This document shows, piece by piece, positions 8,679-15,968 of a stretch of DNA of 28,929 bases. Under the pieces are notes generated by a model. The model had not been told where the DNA came from and searched no databases. It saw nothing but the letters and a program-made list of their open reading frames with translations. The translations under genes were made by a program, and so were the position numbers. This DNA comes from Candidatus Iainarchaeum sp. (GTDB lineage Archaea; Iainarchaeota; Iainarchaeia; Iainarchaeales; DTGL01): positions 1 to 28,929 of the forward strand of contig JAGHBI010000092.1 in assembly GCA_021161055.1 (NCBI GenBank), written 5' to 3'. Each line of letters begins with the position of its first letter. The first letter of the stretch is position 1.

Positions 8679-9941
8679 ATGCAGGGGGATTTTCAAAAAG
8701 AAGAGGCCTTTCTGAGAGAAAAGTTTAGGGAATATTATTCAAAGCACAAGGTAACAAGCGTGCCTGAAATAGATAAGCGGGAGTTTGGAATAGGCAATTT
8801 TGGCAAGAAGATTGTTAGAAGGCACATGAGCTTTGGTGATTATGCCGAACTGAACACCTTTCTGAGAAGCGAAGCACCGCTTTTTATCTCATACTCTGCA
8901 GCTTACTATAGGGATGCTTCTGCTCGGCCCATGGAAAGGAAGGGCTTGCTCGGCGCTGACTTAGTTTATGAATTCGATGCTGGTGATATCCCCACAAAAT
9001 GCAAAGAGAAGCATGATTTCTGGATTTGCCCAAAATGCAATAGCACGGGCAAAGGCTCAGTGCCAAAATGTCCCAAATGTTTTGCCACAACCAAACAGTA
9101 TGAGTTTCCCTGCAAGCGTTGCATTGAAGAAACAAAGAAACAGGTGATAAAGTTGCTTAATATTCTGGAAAGCGAACTTGGATTAACGCAAGGCATAAGC
9201 ATAAATTTCTCGGGGAATGCAGGCTATCACGTTCATATAAGAAGCGACACCATAAGGCATTTATCGCAGGATGCAAGGATAGAGCTTGTGGATTACCTTA
9301 CACTTTCCGGTTTCGTGCCTGAACATAATGGCTTTGATCTTTCTACAAAAATGTTAAAGTGCCCTGAGTATGCAGAATTGAAAGGCGCTCAGGCGCGGGT
9401 GATGCAGCACATGATAAAGTTTATAATGAATGCAAACACCGATGAGCTTGCGCAGTATGGCTGCATATCTCTTCCAAGCAGGAGAAAGCGCGAGGGCTTG
9501 AAGCTCGCCTCCTACATCCATGAAAACAAAGAAAGTGTTGTGGCTCGCATAAAGAAAGGCACACTGTTTTACATCGGTTCACGCACAGTTGCTTCTGCAT
9601 TTTGGAGGGCAATTATTGAGCATGCTGTGCGTTTGGCTTCCATAAAGCTTGACAGGCAGACCTCAATCGATATACACAAGATTGTTCGCGTACCCGATTC
9701 GTTGCATGGCTCATCTGGCTTTATTGCAAAAACCGTGCCATTGGATGAACTTAAAGAGTTCGATCCATTTGAGCATGCACTCGCGTTCGACAGCGGGCAA
9801 ATAAAGGTTTTTATTAATAAGGCACCAGAATTTAAAATAGCTGACGATACTTTTGGACCGTTTGAAAATGAGCAGGCTGAGCTGCCAACGGCTGCAGCTC
9901 TATACCTTGTAGCAAAAGGTGTCGCAAAGCTTTGTGATTGA
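8679..9941 (+). CDS. priS: DNA primase small (catalytic) subunit PriS, divergent active-site motifs
   Basis: REFG, RH..F, YS.AYY..., GADLVYEFDA, FSGNAGYHVH and IDIHKIVRVPDSLHG motifs; directly follows priL and precedes GINS. Confidence 0.92.
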   Translation: MQGDFQKEEAFLREKFREYYSKHKVTSVPEIDKREFGIGNFGKKIVRRHMSFGDYAELNTFLRSEAPLFISYSAAYYRDASARPMERKGLLGADLVYEFDAGDIPTKCKEKHDFWICPKCNSTGKGSVPKCPKCFATTKQYEFPCKRCIEETKKQVIKLLNILESELGLTQGISINFSGNAGYHVHIRSDTIRHLSQDARIELVDYLTLSGFVPEHNGFDLSTKMLKCPEYAELKGAQARVMQHMIKFIMNANTDELAQYGCISLPSRRKREGLKLASYIHENKESVVARIKKGTLFYIGSRTVASAFWRAIIEHAVRLASIKLDRQTSIDIHKIVRVPDSLHGSSGFIAKTVPLDELKEFDPFEHALAFDSGQIKVFINKAPEFKIADDTFGPFENEQAELPTAAALYLVAKGVAKLCD

Positions 9942-9942
9942 T

Positions 9943-10494
9943 ATGAATTTTGAGGAGCTGCGCAAGCTTCACAGAATGGAGAAAAACTCCTCACAGCTCG
10001 CCAGCATAAACGAGGATTTCTTCATCGAGCTCAAAGCGTTCCTCGCCGAAAAAAAGGAGCAATATCTGGAACACTTAAAAAAAGGTTCACTTGCAAGTGA
10101 GGACTTTTCAAATATAGAACGCATGGCAAGAGAGCTTCTTGAGATAAGGGAAAGGAAGATACTGAAGAAGGCCTTCCACGCTGCGATGACGGCCGAAACA
10201 GCAACGCCTAGCCTTTGCAGTGAAGAAAAAAAGCTTTTCAACAATATCTATAAAGCAGTCAGCGAGTACAAAAAGGTGTTAGACCGTATGTTTGCATTAG
10301 AAACCAAAAAGCCAAAAAAGCCCAGCGAGGAAAAGGATTTAAATACAGTTCGCATGCAGATTATTGAGGACGTACCAGCCTTTGTTGGCGCAGATATGAA
10401 GGAGTACGGCCCTTTCAGAAAGGGCCAGCTCATTGAGCTTCCAGCTGAAACAGCTGAAATCCTGCTCGCTAGAAAGCTTGCTGTTAGGCAATAA
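9943..10494 (+). CDS. GINS complex protein (Gins51/Gins15-type: helical A domain then C-terminal B domain)
   Basis: L..L.R.EK....L..I.EDFF, R.RKI..., EEK.LF and C-terminal VPAFVG.DMKEYGPF.KG....LP...AEIL; conserved position after priS. Confidence 0.9.
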   Translation: MNFEELRKLHRMEKNSSQLASINEDFFIELKAFLAEKKEQYLEHLKKGSLASEDFSNIERMARELLEIRERKILKKAFHAAMTAETATPSLCSEEKKLFNNIYKAVSEYKKVLDRMFALETKKPKKPSEEKDLNTVRMQIIEDVPAFVGADMKEYGPFRKGQLIELPAETAEILLARKLAVRQ

Positions 10495-10510
10495 TTTTGC
10501 AGGTGGTTCT

Positions 10511-10699
10511 ATGGAAGAGAACTTTCAGCCAAAATACAACAAGTTTTGGCGTATAAAATGTAAAGCATGTGGCAATGAGCAGGTAGTTTTCTCCTGCGCA
10601 TCCAGAGACATACTTTGCAATGTGTGCAATGCATTGCTTGCTGAGAGCACAGCACATAGAATAAGGCTAAAGGATGCTAAGAAAATCAGGGAGTATTGA
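10511..10699 (+). CDS. rps27e: 30S ribosomal protein S27e
   Basis: F.RIKCKACGNEQVVFS.AS....CNVC zinc ribbon; conserved position upstream of aIF2-alpha; SD AGGTGG. Confidence 0.9.
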   Translation: MEENFQPKYNKFWRIKCKACGNEQVVFSCASRDILCNVCNALLAESTAHRIRLKDAKKIREY

Positions 10700-10711
10700 T
10701 GGGGTGTTTGC

Positions 10712-11482
10712 TTGCCCGAATGGCCAGAGATAGGCGAGATAGTTGTTGTGAAAGTAACGAAGGTTCTGCCTTATGGCGCTTTTGTGGAGCTGTTAGAATA
10801 CGATAACCTCCAGGGTTTTATTCATATCTCACAAGTTGCTTCGCGCTGGGTTAAAAACATCCGGAACTATGTGAGGCCAAACCAGATAAGAGCGGCGCAG
10901 GTAATTCACATTGATAGAAACAAGCACCAGATAGATCTGTCGCTCACAAAGGTTTCCGAAGCCCAGGAGAGAGCGAAAATAGAGGAATGGGAACTTTCAA
11001 AGAGAAGCCGCAAGCTTCTCGAGGTATTTGCAAAGCAACAAAAGAAGCCATTCAAAACTGTCTGGAAAGAGGTTGCAGAGCCCCTCCTTGAAAGGTACAA
11101 TAATCTGATGGATGCCTTTCAGGAGGCACTTCTCGAAGGCGAGAATGCTCTGCAAGGAATTCCAAAAAGCTATGTAAAACCACTCCTTGCAATGCTTGAG
11201 AAGAGTATAGAGATACCGAAGAAGCGCGTCCGGGGTGTTCTTAAAATAAAGAGCTACGAACCCTATGCTCTGGATACAATAAAAAATGCACTTATTGCAG
11301 GGCTTAAAGAAGCGAAGGATGCAGAGGTTACAATAAATTATGCAGGCGGTGGCAAATACGTTGTAACAAGCACCGCTTACGATTACAAAACCGCTGAGCG
11401 CAACCTGCGAGCGGTAAGCGAAAAGGTAATGGATGAGGTAAAAAAGGCGAAAGGTATGGCAACCTTCGAGAAGGTGGAATAG
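10712..11482 (+). CDS. eif2a: Translation initiation factor 2 subunit alpha (aIF2-alpha)
   Basis: WPE.GE.V...V..V..YGAFV.L.EY....GFIHISQVASRWVKNIR S1 domain, IDLSL, and YAGGGKY...; TTG start. Confidence 0.96.
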   Translation: MPEWPEIGEIVVVKVTKVLPYGAFVELLEYDNLQGFIHISQVASRWVKNIRNYVRPNQIRAAQVIHIDRNKHQIDLSLTKVSEAQERAKIEEWELSKRSRKLLEVFAKQQKKPFKTVWKEVAEPLLERYNNLMDAFQEALLEGENALQGIPKSYVKPLLAMLEKSIEIPKKRVRGVLKIKSYEPYALDTIKNALIAGLKEAKDAEVTINYAGGGKYVVTSTAYDYKTAERNLRAVSEKVMDEVKKAKGMATFEKVE

Positions 11483-11537
11483 TTCCTATGCAATCTTTTT
11501 AAAACGATTTTCAGAAAAAAAGAATCTTGGGTTGGCT

Positions 11538-12323
11538 ATGCATACTACAGTTGAATTTGTATGGAAAAAGAAAAAACTCAATAACCCTGTGTTATTTACC
11601 GGTCTGCCTGGTATAGGGCTTGTTGGTAAGATTGCAGTCGATTATATGCTCAAGCAGTTTAAAGCCAAGAAAATCGCCAATATCTATTCCGACTCATTCC
11701 CGCCAAGCGTTTATATAACCTCTGGAATTCTGGACCTTATAAGGGACGAATTATTCCTTTACAGGTTCAAAAACCGCGACTTTTTATTCTTAGCAGGGCC
11801 TGTGCAGCCAGCCTTAGATGTAAGGTTTTCGAGCCTTCAGGACCACTATGAGTTTGCCACAACGATTGTGAAAACGGTTAAGGCACTTGGCGTTAAGGAA
11901 ATATATACGTTAGCCGGTATAAACATTGGCGAGGCTCGTCTGCACAGAGAACCTCACATAGTTGCTGCAGCAACAGATAAGAAAATACTTGAAGAGCTCA
12001 GGGCGTTAGGTGCAAAAACGAATATGAAAAGTGGCTTGATCTCTGGTGCTGCAGGCCTGATCCTTGGTGTTGGCGCCAAGCGCGGTATTAAGGGCGCATG
12101 CCTGATGGGCGAAACAAGCGATAAGCTTATCTATGGCGACCACGGCGCTGCAAAGAAGATACTCGAGCTTCTGATAAAGCGCTATGGTTTCGAGCTCGAT
12201 ATGAGCGCTATTGCAAAGGAGGCGCGCAACATAAACAGAGCATTCAAACAGATAATCAATGAGCTTGCAGCGAGGAGTGCAGAGATAGCTGTGCCTGAGG
12301 AAAGCCCGAGCTATGTGCGTTAG
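11538..12323 (+). CDS. Proteasome assembly chaperone PAC2 family protein
   Basis: GLPGIGLVGKIAVDY, GLISGAAGLILG, GACLMGET and DH.AAKKIL; usual position after aIF2-alpha. Confidence 0.9.
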   Translation: MHTTVEFVWKKKKLNNPVLFTGLPGIGLVGKIAVDYMLKQFKAKKIANIYSDSFPPSVYITSGILDLIRDELFLYRFKNRDFLFLAGPVQPALDVRFSSLQDHYEFATTIVKTVKALGVKEIYTLAGINIGEARLHREPHIVAAATDKKILEELRALGAKTNMKSGLISGAAGLILGVGAKRGIKGACLMGETSDKLIYGDHGAAKKILELLIKRYGFELDMSAIAKEARNINRAFKQIINELAARSAEIAVPEESPSYVR

Positions 12324-13585
12324 AATTCATTCAATGTTTTCTGTCCTCTGAACGAGCTTCTGCACTCAAGCACATCGCTGAGCTCAATCTTTTTTCTTTC
12401 AAGCTCCTCCTCAGAATCGCAGATTATGGGTTCGCCGTATTTGCCTCCGCCGCCACCGATGTAAAGAACGCGTTTTTCTCTGAACGATTCTATCTTGTTT
12501 GCAACCTGTTCATTTATTTCTGCAATATCAATGATTGGCACATCTACGAGAACCTTTATTTCAGAACCGAAGTAGCTGACAAGCTCATGCCACAGGTTTT
12601 GGACAGCCAGCGCATTTATATTCTCAACATTCAACGCGAGCTTTATGATTTCTGCAAGCGGTATTATGTGAAGATATTCTGGCCTGAATGCAGGATGTAC
12701 CTCCTCACTAAAGCTTGCAAGCTCCAGTATTCTGTCACGAACCCCTTTTTTAATAGTGCCTCCGCAGCGCGGACAGCGCCACCTCAGCTTAACAGCATTC
12801 TCAAGGGTGTACTTTGAATAGCATCTGTTGCATGCTGTGCAATGGTATTTGCCTTCCCTTGGGTCCAAACCAACATTGAGCCGTATTCGTTCCCTTTCTT
12901 TTAAGAGAGCCTTTTTGAGCTCACCGAAGGAAGGCTTTTTCATTTCGATCCTTGTGAACTCTCTTCCCATGCGATAAGGCCAGGGCGAATGGGCATCGCT
13001 GCATGTTAAAAATGCCCGTTTGTGATTCTCTTCAATAAGGTCAGCGAAGTATGAATCCGCACTCAGCCCAAGCTCAATAAAGCTTATATCTTCAGCAAAA
13101 TCCCTGTAGCAGTGCTTTAATGAATCGAAATGCGAGAATACCGAATAATAAGGGGTGAACGCATGTGCAGGTCCTAGTATGCCGCCGCATTCTATAATAA
13201 GCTCCGCAATCTGATAGGCATGGAGAGCTAGCGTGGGTCTGCCAAATCCATTTCCGTCAAGCCTACCAAAGCGCATAACCCTGCTTCTCAGCTCCTCAAC
13301 GCTTGCAAAGTCCGGCATAAAAAATATATGGTGAACATTGTCAGCATCATTTATTTCGCCCGCTAACACAAAATAGGTTCCGGCTTCTTCCTCCTTAAAA
13401 CAGCCGTTCTCTTCAATCAGATGCTTTTTCAGATGTTCCAACCATTCCTTATTCAATATATCGCCTGCTGCCACAAGTTGCAAGCCTTTCAACTGGGCCT
13501 GTTTGCTTATGGTTGGAATGGTCATATTGCTGCTTGTTCCGCCTGAATAAAGCCCATGTATGTGCAGATCGCAGTCATAAAGCAA
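12320..13585 (-). CDS. Endonuclease Q (PHP-domain, TIGR00375-like) deaminated-base DNA repair endonuclease
   Basis: DLHIH, VHH, GPAHAFTP, ELGLSAD, SDAHSP..RMGREF, GLDPREGKYH.TAC.RC...CP.CGG.IKKGVRDR and GGGGKYG match Thermococcales EndoQ. C-terminal PIP-like QKTLNEF. TTG start. Confidence 0.9.
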   Translation of the reverse strand: MLYDCDLHIHGLYSGGTSSNMTIPTISKQAQLKGLQLVAAGDILNKEWLEHLKKHLIEENGCFKEEEAGTYFVLAGEINDADNVHHIFFMPDFASVEELRSRVMRFGRLDGNGFGRPTLALHAYQIAELIIECGGILGPAHAFTPYYSVFSHFDSLKHCYRDFAEDISFIELGLSADSYFADLIEENHKRAFLTCSDAHSPWPYRMGREFTRIEMKKPSFGELKKALLKERERIRLNVGLDPREGKYHCTACNRCYSKYTLENAVKLRWRCPRCGGTIKKGVRDRILELASFSEEVHPAFRPEYLHIIPLAEIIKLALNVENINALAVQNLWHELVSYFGSEIKVLVDVPIIDIAEINEQVANKIESFREKRVLYIGGGGGKYGEPIICDSEEELERKKIELSDVLECRSSFRGQKTLNEF

Positions 13586-13656
13586 GCAAACACCTCAACA
13601 ATTTAAAAACAACAGCCTAACATTATATGGGAAAAATCAATTAAAATGGTGTGGGA

Positions 13657-14685
13657 ATGAAAGAAGCAAGGTTCTACAAAAAACTGCCTCAGGCATTTGT
13701 TCAGTGCACAGCTTGCAATCGCTTCTGCAGAATTGCAAACAACAGCACGGGCTTTTGCAGGGTGAGAAAAAATGTGAACGGAACGCTCTATTCCCTTGTT
13801 TACAACAAAACATTAACACTTACAGCAGACCCTATAGAAAAGAAACCATTGTTTCATTTCATGCCCGGCACATACTGTAATAGCATAAGCACCTATGGCT
13901 GCAACTTTTCCTGCCCCTTTTGCCAGAACCACGATATTTCGCAGGATTTTACAGAAAAGGATATCGAGGCTGTGCAGGAAACAACCCCTGAACAGATTGT
14001 TGAAAATACTATTGAAAGGGGGCTTGAAGGAATCGCTTATACCTACGTTGAGCCCACAGTTTTCATAGAGTATGCGATAGATACTATGAAACTTGCAAAG
14101 AAGGAGAAGCTTTACAACGTATGGGTTAGCAATGGTTATATGAGCGAACAGGCAATAGGAAAGCTTGCAAAGTATTTGGATGCTGCAAATATCGACCTGA
14201 AAGGCGATGCGAAGTTTTACAAAAAGTTGTGCGGCAATGTAAATGTTGAATTGGTTAAGAAGAGCATTCAGTTGCTGTACAAAAAGCGCGTGCACGTTGA
14301 GGTAACAAACCTCATTGTTCCAGGTTATAATGACAATGCCGACCAGATAAGGGAAGTTGCAAGCTTTGTTGCGAGCATAGATAAAGGCATGGTTTTGCAT
14401 TTCTCAAGGTTTTTTCCTCATTATAAAATGCTGGACACGCCAGTTACGCCTCTCACAACTCTCAGGCAGGCATATAGTATTGCAAAGCAGCAGGGCTTAC
14501 ATCACGTTTACCTTGGCAATGTGCCCGAAGCCCAAAATACTTATTGTCCAAAGTGCGGTAGCCTAGTGATAGAAAGGGAGGGCTATACCGTAATGCTGCT
14601 GGCTCTTGATAAAAGGGGCAGATGCAAGCATTGTGGCTATGATTTGGGGATAAAGGTCAGAGAATCCCAAAGAACTTCAATATGA
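13657..14685 (+). CDS. AmmeMemoRadiSam-system (PflA-like) radical SAM enzyme
   Basis: N-terminal C..C.R.C......GFC.VRKN, DPIEKKPLFHF.PG, GCNFSCPFCQN (CxxxCxxC), AYTYVEP, NIDLKG and C-terminal TYCPKCG..VIER.GY. Confidence 0.9.
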   Translation: MKEARFYKKLPQAFVQCTACNRFCRIANNSTGFCRVRKNVNGTLYSLVYNKTLTLTADPIEKKPLFHFMPGTYCNSISTYGCNFSCPFCQNHDISQDFTEKDIEAVQETTPEQIVENTIERGLEGIAYTYVEPTVFIEYAIDTMKLAKKEKLYNVWVSNGYMSEQAIGKLAKYLDAANIDLKGDAKFYKKLCGNVNVELVKKSIQLLYKKRVHVEVTNLIVPGYNDNADQIREVASFVASIDKGMVLHFSRFFPHYKMLDTPVTPLTTLRQAYSIAKQQGLHHVYLGNVPEAQNTYCPKCGSLVIEREGYTVMLLALDKRGRCKHCGYDLGIKVRESQRTSI

Positions 14686-15007
14686 GCAAGGTGCCAACCC
14701 CTGCTAGGCCAAAAAGTATGCTTACAACAAGGCTCGCCATAAAAGGGAGTTCCACATGAAAGTAGTATTTGAGTACCGCCCAAGCAATCAGTCCGAGAAT
14801 GGAATTGATAACAATCCTCTTTATTAAAAACAGCACCACAATAGCGATTATAACAAGGGCTATACCTATTGCAAGCACCTCGGGTCTGCCAACAAGGCTT
14901 GTGATGAGTTCTGTTGCTCCTTTGCCAGCCTCTTTGCCAAGCTCTGTCATGTGCTGAGCGGCTTCACCCGCTAGCTGCTTGCCTATTTCTTCAGCCTGAA
15001 TACCCAT
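14657..15007 (-). CDS. Small membrane protein, BofA-like
   Basis: Three hydrophobic helices with NSILGL...P......S..FGL.GV..L.IL, resembling BofA-family proteins. Start (ATG 15007) is uncertain. Confidence 0.5.
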   Translation of the reverse strand: MGIQAEEIGKQLAGEAAQHMTELGKEAGKGATELITSLVGRPEVLAIGIALVIIAIVVLFLIKRIVINSILGLIAWAVLKYYFHVELPFMASLVVSILFGLAGVGTLLILKFFGIL

Positions 15008-15129
15008 TGCGAACGAAAAAAGCCCCATACAAAAACTGTGAGTCAAAACATTTTAAACAGTTTTCAGCCTTCGAAACTATAGGAAAGATATATAAAACAT
15101 TCAACACCCTCTTTTTGTAGGTGCATTAC

Positions 15130-15771
15130 ATGCCTTTGTTTAATTGGTTGCAAAAGAAGGTAGCTCATGTGTTGCTTAGCGGACCAAGGAGTATAGAGGA
15201 ACTAAGCAAGATTATTGGTGAAAACCCGCTTGAGATCGAAAAAGCACTGAAACACATGGTTGAATTGAAGGTAGTGAATGAAAACGCTGGCATGTTTTCA
15301 CTATCTGAAGAAGTGAGCAAGCAGTTTCATGAGAGACAGGAGTTAAGAGAGAAGGAAAGACCCAAGCTGGACTTGCAAGCATACATTGAGGTAAGTGGTA
15401 TAAGCAAAAAGGCTGTTTTGAATCAGCTAGAGCGCATAGAGAAAGCATTGAGAAATAACGCTTCCATAGTTATTTATTCCATCGAGCACGCCAGGCCGGC
15501 AAAGCACAACGACCTTTATACAAGTCATATAGAGCTCACTTTTGGTGTGAAGGACTTTCTTGCATTGGTAAGGTTCATGTATTTATATGGCCCAAGCGCT
15601 GTTGAGGTTATAAGACCTGCCAAATCTGAGTTCACAGCTTACGAAATTCAGGAAGGCCTGAATGAGATGGCGGATTTTATATTCAAATACAATAATTACA
15701 TTACCATGCACCTTAAAAAGGCAGAAATCGACGAGTTTTACAAAAAGCTGTTTCAGGGAATGAAGAAATGA
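15130..15771 (+). CDS. Hypothetical protein: N-terminal winged HTH fused to an uncharacterised alpha/beta domain
   Basis: GPRSIEELSKIIG....IEKALKHMVELKVV....GMFSL is HTH plus wing. C-terminal IEVSG...Y.SHIEL....KDF..L..FMY.YGPS.VEV..P resembles a hypothetical family I recall from DPANN genomes. SD AGGTG before ATG 15130. Confidence 0.65.
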   Translation: MPLFNWLQKKVAHVLLSGPRSIEELSKIIGENPLEIEKALKHMVELKVVNENAGMFSLSEEVSKQFHERQELREKERPKLDLQAYIEVSGISKKAVLNQLERIEKALRNNASIVIYSIEHARPAKHNDLYTSHIELTFGVKDFLALVRFMYLYGPSAVEVIRPAKSEFTAYEIQEGLNEMADFIFKYNNYITMHLKKAEIDEFYKKLFQGMKK

Positions 15772-15865
15772 AAATGCCTTTTCGCAAATCGACGAAAGGG
15801 GGTTCAACAAATCATATAATTTTTACCCTTGATGCGTTTCCAAATTGCTGCAATTAGGCTCCAAA

Positions 15866-15883
15866 CCGAAAAATATTTAAATA
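15866..15883 (+). promoter_or_regulatory. BRE/TATA promoter of the S-layer gene
   Basis: ccGAAAAATATTTAAATA: purine-rich BRE followed by TTTAAATA, about 85 bp upstream of the start codon; strong SD GGTGAGGTGA at 15951-15960. Confidence 0.7.
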
Positions 15884-15938
15884 AAGGCTTCTATATGGAA
15901 TAAATAGAAGCCTTCTCCTTAGCTTTATGGGAAGGCTT
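15884..15938 (+). repeat. Overlapping inverted repeats in the S-layer promoter/leader
   Basis: AAGGCTTCTAT (15884-15894) / ATAGAAGCCTT (15904-15914) is a perfect 11-bp IR; AAGCCTTC (15908-15915) / GAAGGCTT (15931-15938) is a perfect 8-bp IR. Confidence 0.85.
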
Positions 15939-15968
15939 TTTTAAAAATAAGGTGAGGTGAAAGGCCTT

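Noticed and set aside
1073-15007. SpoIIM-like and BofA-like genes as a sporulation system
   Set aside because: These are generic membrane-protein families with historical names; the two genes are unlinked here and no other sporulation machinery is present.
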